14,732 bases of DNA, taken from Promethearchaeia archaeon (GTDB lineage Archaea; Asgardarchaeota; Lokiarchaeia; Sigyniarchaeales; SOKP01). Position numbers and translations under genes: made by a program. The notes beneath the pieces were generated by a model that was not told the DNA's origin, made no database searches, and was given only the letters and a program-made list of their open reading frames with translations. Where the stretch lies: NCBI GenBank assembly GCA_046497275.1, contig JAWOFX010000060.1:1-14732 (forward strand), read 5' to 3'. Of the stretch, positions 1-9,400 are shown piece after piece (the first letter of the stretch is position 1; each line of letters begins with the position of its first letter).

Positions 1-1013
1 TATTTCTCTTTGAACTTTTGAGTTAAATTTTCTAAACATTGATTTATAAAACTGTTTGTCTGATTCATTATCGCCAACACAGCAAAACCCAAATCATTAT
101 TATAATTCACAACGATTTCAGCATTTTTAGTTTGTAAAGAATCGATTTGGTCTTCTTTATTGATAAATTCAGATAATATATGATTTAAACCTATCAAAAT
201 ATTCCCCCATATGGCCGAATCGTTTTCTTGAGGTATCGATTTTTCAAATTTATAAGAATATAACAAGACTCCTGTCTTATGGTAAATATTGATAAAGAAA
301 ATTTTATTTGTTAGAGCAAGAAATAATTTTGGATAAACAATTGCTAAATAGCATATTATATTAACAGACATCCAATAGATCAAAATAAATAGAGTTCTTA
401 AAATAATAAGATTATAAAAAATATAGAAACAATATATAATAACTGAAACTGTTAGTATTGCTGTAAATAGAATTAGTTTATCACAAAAGTCTTTATTATT
501 TGAGATTTTATAGATTTCATGTAATTTATATAGACTATAGATCACTCCGGCCAAATTAATAAGAATAATTAGTAGTTTGAGAACTAGGTTAAATGAAAAA
601 TAAATTTGATCGTTGTTTATAAAATTAATATTAATAGATTGAGGTGAGAGTAAAGTTCCAGCAATTAAACTAAGGATAATATTAAATAATAAAAACAAAA
701 ATACGGGGGGATGACCATAACTTCTTAGAAAGCTAAAAACAAAGCAGTATATTAATAAGGAGATTGTTTCAAAAATAATAGTAAAATAAAATAATGTTAG
801 ATTAATTCTTTCGGTAAATATGATTTCAATTGAAAGATAATATATTAATGAGAATACTATTCCATTGAATAAAATAGAACTTGATAATAATGATGGGATT
901 GTTTTTAGTCCATATTTTTCTCGATTCTTAACTATAATAGGAATAGCAATCCCGCTAGTCAAAATAGAAATTATTAGACCAATAAATATTAATACCGAAA
1001 AAACGTCAGACAT
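1..1013 (-). CDS. 7TM membrane protein with C-terminal longin-like domain (3'-truncated by window edge; paralog of 1131..2234)
   Basis: Hand translation of the - strand: ATG at 1013..1011 and no stop down to the window edge (337 codons), MSDVFSVLIFIGLIISILTSGIAIPIIVKNREKYGL...LTNKIFFINIYHKTGVLLYSYKF...WGNILIGLNHILSEFINK...YNNDLGFAVLAI...KFKEK. Seven hydrophobic segments are followed by a soluble domain with 37/81 identities (hand alignment) to the neighbour's C-terminal domain. The longin fold is inferred from sequence pattern. Confidence 0.88.
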   Translation of the reverse strand, partial: MSDVFSVLIFIGLIISILTSGIAIPIIVKNREKYGLKTIPSLLSSSILFNGIVFSLIYYLSIEIIFTERINLTLFYFTIIFETISLLIYCFVFSFLRSYGHPPVFLFLLFNIILSLIAGTLLSPQSININFINNDQIYFSFNLVLKLLIILINLAGVIYSLYKLHEIYKISNNKDFCDKLILFTAILTVSVIIYCFYIFYNLIILRTLFILIYWMSVNIICYLAIVYPKLFLALTNKIFFINIYHKTGVLLYSYKFEKSIPQENDSAIWGNILIGLNHILSEFINKEDQIDSLQTKNAEIVVNYNNDLGFAVLAIMNQTNSFINQCLENLTQKFKEK

Positions 1014-1130
1014 GCTATTAAATATTGTAAAGAAGTTTATTATTTTTATACTTATAGAGGATTAATTTTCTCATTACATATTTATATTAATGATGCAACT
1101 CTGTTATTGTTTTTTGATTATTTCTAAAAA

Positions 1131-2234
1131 TTAAGATAGAAATGGTTTAAAATATTTTTTTATAATGTTCTTTGAATCTTTAAATTGTGAAACATCAATC
1201 AATTGAGCTTGTTGATTGATCTTATTTAAGATTTGATTATTTATTTGCGAAAAATCTTTCATAAACAGATGTACTGCTTTATCAATAATATTACTTCTAT
1301 GGCTAGCTATTAGCAAGATAGCATACCCATAATTGTTATCATATTCAAAAATAATATCCCGTTCTTTCATTTTGATTAGATTCAATTTACTTTTCTTATT
1401 TATAAAACTAGAAAGAATATGATTTATACCTATTAATATAGTACCTTTTAATAATGATTCTTCAATTTCTTTATTCTCTTCGAAATCATAAGAGAATAAT
1501 AACACACCAGAACGATGAAAAATTACGAAATTGTAGATCTTATTAGTTACCACAACAAATAATTCAAACTCCTTAATGGTAATGAAAACGGCTACACCTA
1601 GAAAACTCAAAAACACTATGGAATACAAGAATCTTAAGTAGGATGAAGGAAATGCCAGAAAAAGAGTATATAAAAATGTATTAAGTAATAGTAGAGATAA
1701 AATAATAATAAACAGGTTTGCGATATTTTCAAAACTGATATTTTTTGAACCTTTTAATTGAGCTAGAATTCCTATAATAATTACTAATATATTAAAAATT
1801 AAAATAAGGTTATAGAATAAAGAATTGTTTATAATAAAAAGATAGTTCCCTTCGTAAATTGAAATATTAAACGGGGTACCTAAAATTAAAAAACTCGCAA
1901 TTATGCCACCTAAAAAACCATAAATAAAAAAAGGGAGATAAGCAAAACGATTTTTAAATAAGATATAAACGTGAGTTGAGCTGAGTAGTGAAAGTTTAAA
2001 TACTCTCAACAAGAGGGATATTTTCCAAAAATTTTTTACAAAAAAAATGGGGAAAACAACCACAAAAGAAAGATTAAAAAAGAGAAAATAAATCGCCTCA
2101 ATAAAGAGATAAAGAGATATTAATATTTTCTCAGTTAAATCTATCACATATTTTTCTTTATTTCTGATAAGATACGCAATTCCAATTGTTGAGAAAATAT
2201 GTGCTAATGTAATTAAGATAATACTTTGAATCAT
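1131..2234 (-). CDS. 7TM membrane protein with C-terminal longin-like domain
   Basis: 367-aa ORF. About 225 N-terminal residues contain seven hydrophobic segments with a basic first loop (RNKEK). The C-terminal domain (TNKIYNFVIFHRSGVLLFSYDF...GTILIGINHILSSF...DIIFEYDNNYGYAILLI, then two helices) fits the longin beta-beta-alpha-beta-beta-beta-alpha-alpha pattern. Confidence 0.85.
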   Translation of the reverse strand: MIQSIILITLAHIFSTIGIAYLIRNKEKYVIDLTEKILISLYLFIEAIYFLFFNLSFVVVFPIFFVKNFWKISLLLRVFKLSLLSSTHVYILFKNRFAYLPFFIYGFLGGIIASFLILGTPFNISIYEGNYLFIINNSLFYNLILIFNILVIIIGILAQLKGSKNISFENIANLFIIILSLLLLNTFLYTLFLAFPSSYLRFLYSIVFLSFLGVAVFITIKEFELFVVVTNKIYNFVIFHRSGVLLFSYDFEENKEIEESLLKGTILIGINHILSSFINKKSKLNLIKMKERDIIFEYDNNYGYAILLIASHRSNIIDKAVHLFMKDFSQINNQILNKINQQAQLIDVSQFKDSKNIIKKYFKPFLS

Positions 2235-2527
2235 TGATAATATTGATGTTAATTATATTGAATTTCTAAAATAATACTCCTAAATAAAATTTATATATCT
2301 CTCTCTTATAAAAATTTCTTATTTATAAATACTATGAAATCAATATTTTATAAGCCTATCTTATTTTCTGAATATTTGCTGTTAATTTAATGTTTAATAT
2401 AAGGAATAATACAACTAATATTATTTAACAATAAATAGATTCTTTTTAATTGAATATTATCTATAATTATGATGATTTTAGAAATAAAATTGATAGAAAT
2501 ATTAATAATAATGAGTGATTTAGATAA

Positions 2528-4462
2528 ATGATGAGAATAGGCGATTGTATTGATTTTTTAGATGAAAAAAATATCATTGAAGAGAACTTCGCTCATTATA
2601 TTCAAAATTCTAATAGAAGCCAAATACAAATAAATAAGAAATTAATCAATAAAATTATTAGAAAATCAAGAAATTATTCTTTAGAACATGAAAATAGAGA
2701 AATTTTTGATGTCAGTAAGCTATACAAGAGAGAAGTACTTTATTCTAAAAGGAAAGAATTGGGGGAAATATATACTCCTCGAAAAATTGTAGAAAATATT
2801 CTTGATGGCTGTGAATATCAATCTCATAATGACTTGGATAATAAGAAATTAGTGGATTTGAGCTGTGGTGCGGGAAGTTTTTTAATTCCTTCAATCAAGA
2901 GATTAATTGAGTATTACTTGAGGATATTTAATAAAAAAAGAGTCTTGGATTTATTACCAGAAGAAGCACATATGATTATTGAAAGTATAAAAAACAATAT
3001 ATACGGTATAGATATAAATCCTATTGCTTGTATATTAGCGCAAATTAATTTTCATATCTACTTATATCCAATATACAAAATATTAGATATATCAACGAAT
3101 GATTTTAAACCTCCCTTATTCAATATTATTAATGAAAATAGCTTGAATTTGCTAAAATATGAAAATTCATTAGTTCCAGAAGAATTTGATTATGTTATTG
3201 GGAATCCTCCTTATTTATTCATTAGAAATATTCCCAAAAATCATAAGGAATTGATTGAATCTAAGAATCTTAAAACAAACACAGGTCAATATGATTATTA
3301 TCAAATATTCTTAGAATTAGGAAAAATTTTCTTAAAGGAGGGTGGAAAGTTAGGTTTTATCATTCCAGATTCATTATTGGCCTTATCTAATAGAAAAACT
3401 ATTAGAAAATACATTTTTGACAACACTAAAATATTAAATATTAGTGTTATGGGATCTCAATTTGAAAATAGTGTTGTTTCTAATATTATTTTAATATTAG
3501 AGAAAGAATCGGATAGATTGCAAAGAGAAAATAATGAGATTAAAATTTATTTCAATAATTCAAGAAGAAAAGGAATAAATACAATAGAACAAAAACAATT
3601 AAAAAATTGGAATTACCGCTTTTTAATTAATCTGTATAAAATAGATATTCAGATTTTAGATTATCTTAATAATAAATTTCCCACCTTGGGAGAATTAATT
3701 TTCAAAAAGGATTATAAAATCATACTAAATAGAGGTGTTGAACTTACTAAAGAAGGGAAAATATTTTATTGTCAACAATGTAAAAAATATTATCCAATAC
3801 CAAAAAAAAATAATGTATGTAGAATTTGTGGGACATCCTATGATAATGATTCTATTGAAAACATTATAGTTGAAAATTATCCTACCACATTTAAAAATTC
3901 AGATTATCTTCCCTATATTTATTCACTCCGACGTTATAACATTGGGAAATATAAGTATATAAACGTTAATAAACGCGGGATTAACTATAAAAATCTTAAT
4001 TCTTTCAAAAAAAGAATAATCATCCGCCAAATCAATCAAAATGGATTAATTTGCGCAAGTTACGATCAAAATATATCTTTAAGCTCCCAGAGTTTTTATA
4101 ATCTTAGGATTATTGATTCTCCCGTTCCAGAGTTTAATAATTTTTATCTTTTAGGGTTAATAAATTCATATCTTTTATCATATTATTTTATTAAATCATT
4201 TGGGTCCTATAAACAATTATTTCCAAGAATTCTTATAGAAAAGATTAAAACACTTCCGATAAAAATCCCTTATACTAAAAAAGAAAGATTATTAGCTCGT
4301 GATATCGAGGAAGAAGTAAAAAATATTTTAAATAACAATTATGAAAATGATACTTTTGTGGAAAAACAACAAGATTCTATTAATAAAAATGTCTTTCTTC
4401 TTTATAATTTAGAGGAGACTCAAGAAAACTATATAAAAAGATTTATTACAAAACAAAAATAG
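2528..4462 (+). CDS. N6-adenine DNA methyltransferase, gamma class (M.TaqI/Eco57I-like), with C-terminal target recognition region containing a C4 zinc ribbon
   Basis: Motif X (RKELGEIYTP), motif I DLSCGAGSF (2855..2881), GIDINP and motif IV NPPY (3203..3214) occur in gamma-class order. The C-terminal region resembles TaqI-C (RIIIRQI...SSQSFYNL...YLLGLINSYLL...IEKIKTLPI). CQQC-x12-CRIC lies at 3770..3829. Confidence 0.9.
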   Translation: MMRIGDCIDFLDEKNIIEENFAHYIQNSNRSQIQINKKLINKIIRKSRNYSLEHENREIFDVSKLYKREVLYSKRKELGEIYTPRKIVENILDGCEYQSHNDLDNKKLVDLSCGAGSFLIPSIKRLIEYYLRIFNKKRVLDLLPEEAHMIIESIKNNIYGIDINPIACILAQINFHIYLYPIYKILDISTNDFKPPLFNIINENSLNLLKYENSLVPEEFDYVIGNPPYLFIRNIPKNHKELIESKNLKTNTGQYDYYQIFLELGKIFLKEGGKLGFIIPDSLLALSNRKTIRKYIFDNTKILNISVMGSQFENSVVSNIILILEKESDRLQRENNEIKIYFNNSRRKGINTIEQKQLKNWNYRFLINLYKIDIQILDYLNNKFPTLGELIFKKDYKIILNRGVELTKEGKIFYCQQCKKYYPIPKKNNVCRICGTSYDNDSIENIIVENYPTTFKNSDYLPYIYSLRRYNIGKYKYINVNKRGINYKNLNSFKKRIIIRQINQNGLICASYDQNISLSSQSFYNLRIIDSPVPEFNNFYLLGLINSYLLSYYFIKSFGSYKQLFPRILIEKIKTLPIKIPYTKKERLLARDIEEEVKNILNNNYENDTFVEKQQDSINKNVFLLYNLEETQENYIKRFITKQK

Positions 4463-4547
4463 AAAAGGGAAGGACGAGATTAATTTTGGAAGAAGATATA
4501 TTTGATATTGAAGATATATATTATTGTTTAGAAAAGAGTTGGAAATT

Positions 4548-5675
4548 ATGAGTAAAACTGCTAAGGAAAGATTTTTGAATACCTTTTCAGGTAATAATCT
4601 CGATAAACTTGTTTTTAGTCCCAGAATCTATTACTGGTATAATGAAAATAAGCTTTTTTTAAAAAAAAAGCATAAGGAGGATTATAAAACTTATATACCT
4701 GAAAAATATGTGGGAAAAACTCAACATGAAATATATGAATTACTTAATGCTAGTCCGAGATATATCTTTGAAACCTACTATTTTTCCTTTTTTGAAACTA
4801 AAATCAATCCCGATTCAGGTATTGAGATAAAAAATAAAAAGGGGAAGGACAGAGATGAAATTATCAAAATATTTAAGACTCCAAAAGGGAATTTAATGAG
4901 CAGAACTAAGCATTCTCATATTCAAGAATATCCTATCAAAACTTTAGAAGATGTCGAAATAATGAAATTAATTTTGAATAATTCCAGCTTTCATTTTAAT
5001 TATGCTAATTATGAGAAAGCGAAAAATATGATTGGAGATAGAGGTATAGTAAGTGAATATATTCCAAGATCGCCTTATATGCGATTAATTATCGATTATA
5101 TGGGATTTGTCGGAACCATCTTATTTTTGAAGCGGTATCCAACCGAAATAGAAAATTTTATGAGTTTTATAAATTCGTGGAATGATCAAATATTTAACGA
5201 AGTCAATAAAAGTCCTTTAAAAATTATAAATTTTGGAGAAAATATCGATGCTAATCTCTCTCCCCCTCCATATTTTAAAAAATATTTGGTTCCCTATTAT
5301 AATAAAAGGGTTAAAGAGTTACATAAAGCCGGAAAATTTTGTCATATTCATATGGATGGTTCCTTAAAAGATCTTCTTCCATTTTTTAGGGATCTTCCTT
5401 TTGATGGATTGGAAGCCCTCACTGCCTATCCTCAAGGCGATGTCAGTCTCGAAGAGATTAAAAATTCTATTGGTTCAAAAATATTACTTGATGGTGTGCC
5501 CTCTATCCTTTTTTTGAACGAATATTCAGAAAAATATCTTCTAGACTATACCAAAAAAGTTATAGATTTATTTTCACCCAGACTAATATTAGGTGTCTCT
5601 GATGAGTTTCCTCCAAACGGAAACATCAATAAACTTGAACTTATATCAAAATTAGTTAATAATATTTCAATTTAA
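4548..5675 (+). CDS. Uroporphyrinogen decarboxylase / MtaA-CmuA superfamily TIM-barrel protein, function uncertain
   Basis: Family-typical segments: ERF near the N-terminus, KTPKG.L, EYPIKTLED, FKKYLVPYY.....ELHKAGK..HIHMDG, DGLE....PQGDVSLEEIK, ILGVSDEFPP. ATG 4548 preferred; the in-frame TTG at 4524 is the alternative start. Confidence 0.8.
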   Translation: MSKTAKERFLNTFSGNNLDKLVFSPRIYYWYNENKLFLKKKHKEDYKTYIPEKYVGKTQHEIYELLNASPRYIFETYYFSFFETKINPDSGIEIKNKKGKDRDEIIKIFKTPKGNLMSRTKHSHIQEYPIKTLEDVEIMKLILNNSSFHFNYANYEKAKNMIGDRGIVSEYIPRSPYMRLIIDYMGFVGTILFLKRYPTEIENFMSFINSWNDQIFNEVNKSPLKIINFGENIDANLSPPPYFKKYLVPYYNKRVKELHKAGKFCHIHMDGSLKDLLPFFRDLPFDGLEALTAYPQGDVSLEEIKNSIGSKILLDGVPSILFLNEYSEKYLLDYTKKVIDLFSPRLILGVSDEFPPNGNINKLELISKLVNNISI

Positions 5676-5712
5676 CTTAAAATTATTAAACATACTAAAA
5701 TCGATAAAAATG

Positions 5713-5728
5713 AAAAAGAATTATAAAT
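5713..5728 (+). promoter_or_regulatory. Putative BRE + TATA box (AAAAAGAA-TTATAAAT) upstream of hisB
   Basis: A purine-rich run is followed by TTATAAAT at 5721..5728, 26 nt before ATG 5747 and 41 nt before ATG 5762. This suggests hisB has its own promoter. Confidence 0.4.
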
Positions 5729-5746
5729 AGTGTAATTATTATTTTT

Positions 5747-6334
5747 ATGGACGAAGCTAAAATGGAAAGAACTGCTAAAATTAATAGAGAAACAACCGAA
5801 ACCAAAGTTTCTATTGAATTGAAGCTTGATGGTTCGGGTACAAGCGATATTGACACAGGATATAAATTCATGGATCATATGTTAACGCTATTAGCAAGAC
5901 ATTCCCAAATGGATCTTAATATTAAATCTTCTGGAGATCTTAAACATCACATAATTGAAGATATAGGAATTTGCTTGGGTGAAGGTATTCTTCAAGCATT
6001 AGGAAATAAGAAAGGGATTAATAGATATGGATCAGCATTTATTCCGATGGATGAATCTTTAGCACGTTGTGTAATAGATTTTTGTGGTCGAAAGGCTTTA
6101 GATTTAGATCTTCAATTAACTGAATGTGATATAGAGGATGTCGCTGTCGAGGATGTGTATCACTTTTTTAATTCATTTGCTGAGAATGCGAAAATGAATT
6201 TACATCTTCAAGTATTATATGGATTAGATCAACATCATATGGTAGAAGCAGCATTTAAATCTCTTGCAAGAGCTATAAAAGAAGCAAAACAGATCGTTTC
6301 AAATGAAATTCCTTCAACAAAAGGATTACTGTAA
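5747..6334 (+). CDS. hisB: Imidazoleglycerol-phosphate dehydratase
   Basis: R.A.I.RET.ET N-terminus, DHML, the two metal-binding motifs HHIIED and HHMVEAAFK, PMDESL and the C-terminal PSTKGLL. The true start may be the second ATG (5762). Confidence 0.96.
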   Translation: MDEAKMERTAKINRETTETKVSIELKLDGSGTSDIDTGYKFMDHMLTLLARHSQMDLNIKSSGDLKHHIIEDIGICLGEGILQALGNKKGINRYGSAFIPMDESLARCVIDFCGRKALDLDLQLTECDIEDVAVEDVYHFFNSFAENAKMNLHLQVLYGLDQHHMVEAAFKSLARAIKEAKQIVSNEIPSTKGLL

Positions 6335-6406
6335 ATTATTTTCTATTTTCTCAACTAAAATTCATAATAAATATCTTATTATTATCACTCAACGGAGCTT
6401 AATTTA

Positions 6407-9400
6407 ATGAATAAAATTGAACAACTAAAATTAACTTATATTCCTTCTAAATATTGGAATAATAGAAACAGCGATTTTAGTCTTTCAATAGATGAAAAAA
6501 GCATTCCTTCTAACGCAAGTTTCTTTTTACTTTGGCTGGGAGTATCTAACTCTGACAAAGATTTAGAGCAAAAAATTATTAATACTTTTCCAGAAATTCC
6601 TATACAAAAATTACTAAGTTGTGAAATTAATTTAGCTTTTCTAAAGCAACAAATTAAGAAAAATAATAAATTTAGAATAAGAAAGATAAAAGCAAAAATA
6701 CTCCCTTTAATTCCAGCTTCAAAACTTTTAAATCAATTAGAAATATTGGAAAGAGAAGGATCAAAATATATTTACTCTTATAGTAGTTCAATCGAAAGTT
6801 GGTCCTTCATAACTAAATTTATTTTTGAACTTCTAAATAGAGGAAATTTTGTCCCAATATTAGAAAAACAAAATGATAAGAGTTTTGAAGGTCATTGGCG
6901 ATTGATTTTAAAGGATAAATATGATTATGAGAGATTCCAAGAAATTCTACATAATACTCCATGGTTTGCATATAATATACCAGGTAGGCTCATAAATAAT
7001 GAATCTTGTGATGATGGAGAATTTTACTCTGACAGTTTGTGGCATCCCTCTTACATTTTATCCGATTATATCGATACTATAGGGGATATATTAATCCGTT
7101 ATATACTAAAGATAACTAAATTTCGAGCTCTTGACGATTTTTATAATGTGGATAAATTGAAAGAGAAAAGAAGAGAATTTAATCTTAGCTGGGATTACAA
7201 ATTTCTTAAATCTTTAACGAAAAGCGAAAAAATCTTTTCTATAACTCAATTTCATGAATCTATCATTCCAAAATTAATCAAAAATTGGGTTAATGTCGCT
7301 CAAACATCAACTTTAAAGCATGGTATTACAATTTCGTTAAAATTGGAATATCCTGAAAAAGATCAAATAGAATGGCCTTTAGAGGTATTATTATATTCTC
7401 AAGAGGGTGATAAAAACATTCCTCTAAAAGATTTATGGATTAAAAAAGAAAATATTGATATTGATATAATTCATACATTTCAAACAAAAGAAGAATTTCT
7501 TGAGATTATTTTAAGAAGTTTGGGGACAATTTCTAAAATTTATCCTCCTATGAGAGAAGCTTTAAAATCACCATATCCAAAAAAGCTCCTACTTAATTCT
7601 TCTGAAGTTATGAATTTCCTTGGATATCCTAAAGATTTATTAATCCAAAGCGGTTTTAATGTTATTCTACCAGAAGTCTTCAAGGTAGGCGGAAAACAGA
7701 GATTATCAGCAAAAATGGTAATAACTTCAAAAAATAAAAAAAAGATTAAAAACATCTCATCTCCGATCGCACCTATGTTTCAATTTAATGAATTTTTGCG
7801 ATATAAATGGGAAATCGAGGTAGGCGATAAAAAATTACAAAAAAGTGAATTAGAGGGATTATTAGAAACTAATCAGCCACTTATTAACTGGAGAGGAGAT
7901 TGGATTCTCTTAGAAAAACAAGATATAGAAAATATTAAAGAAATCTTTAAGGATTCTGAGAATAAGGCTTTATTTTCTGAGTCAGAAGGGAATATAAATT
8001 ATATTGATGCAATAAAATTAGGCTTAGCGGAAGAAATAAATTTAGAAGAAACAGGTCCAAGCTATGAAGTCATTATAGAGGGAGATTTCAATGAAATTGT
8101 CAAAAGAATAAAATCAATTGAAGAATTTGAAGAAATAGCAATTCCAAAAAAATTCAATGGAAAGCTTAGACCATATCAAGAAATTGGATTGAAATGGATG
8201 GCAAACATGTGTGGGCTAAATTTTGGCGTTTGCCTTGCAGATGATATGGGATTAGGTAAGACTATACAAGTTATTGCTCTTTTACTTCATTTTAAAGAAA
8301 AATTTTCAGAAGGATTAGGCAGCACTTTGGTAATTTGCCCAACATCTGTTTTATATAATTGGAAACGAGAAATTGAAAAGTTTGGTCCAAATCTTGAGAT
8401 TGAACTCCACCATGGTCCAGATCGTCTAAAGGATGCTTCCAACATATCCAGTTATTTAAAACCTCATAAAGTCATATTAACATCTTATGGAACAATAAGA
8501 AATGATATAGAGTTATTAAAAACTATTCCATTTAGCGGAGTTATTGTTGATGAGTCTCAAAACATGAAAAATTATGAAACTCAGCAAACTCAAGCAATTT
8601 ATCAATTACAGAGTCAATATAGAATTTGTCTAAGTGGAACACCTATAGAAAATCGTCTAATGGAATTATGGACGCTTTTTGAATTCTTGAACCCTGGATT
8701 ATTAGGAAATAGGAGTGAATTTCAAGAAGATTTTATAATACCAATTGAAAGATTTCATAATCAAGATGCAATAGAGAGATTAAAAAGCATTATTTCACCT
8801 TTCATTTTGCGAAGAGTTAAAACGGATAAATCAGTAATTCAGGATCTGCCAGAGAAAAATGAGATGAAAATATATGTAGAGCTAAGTGAAACACAAATAA
8901 GCCTATATAGGGAGCTGGTAACCAATGTACTAAAAGAATTTGAGAGTGATGGGGATAAGAAGCAAGGTAAAAATATCTTAATTTTAAGTATGTTAACAAA
9001 ACTTAAACAAATTTGCAACCATCCATATCAATATTTACATAAAAATCTTACAAATGACATTTTGGAGCATAATCTAAATGATTTCGTTTCTCAATCGCCA
9101 AAACTAGAACGATTACTTGAAATGCTTGATGAAGTTATTGAAAGAAATGAGAAGGCAATTATTTTTACTCAATTTACCCAAATGGGTGATATTTTAGAGA
9201 AAATTTTAAGTTTTAAATACAAATTTCCGATTTTGTATTTTCATGGGGGGGTTCCAGCAGAAAAGCGCAAGGATATTGTAGAACGATTTCAATCAGAAGA
9301 TTTTAATAGCCCTCCTGTCTTAATTCTATCATTAAGAGCTGGGGGAACGGGCCTTAACCTAACAGGAGCAAATACAGTGTTTCACTTTGATAGATGGTGG

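Noticed and set aside
865-1065. 66-aa + strand ORF from the track
   Set aside because: Antisense shadow of the real - strand 7TM-longin gene (<1..1013); no motif.
2469-2531. 20-aa ORF (MMILEIKLIEILIIMSDLDK) whose TGA overlaps the MTase ATG; possible frameshifted N-terminus
   Set aside because: An ATGA overlap arises automatically, the composition is low-complexity, and there is no evidence without reads or homologs.
4654-4669. T7A9 homopolymer run (also A9 at 3802..3810) as slippage or phase-variation sites
   Set aside because: Both reading frames are intact through the runs, and such runs are common in AT-rich genomes.
5672-5878. 68-aa - strand ORF
   Set aside because: Antisense overlap with hisB; no independent support.
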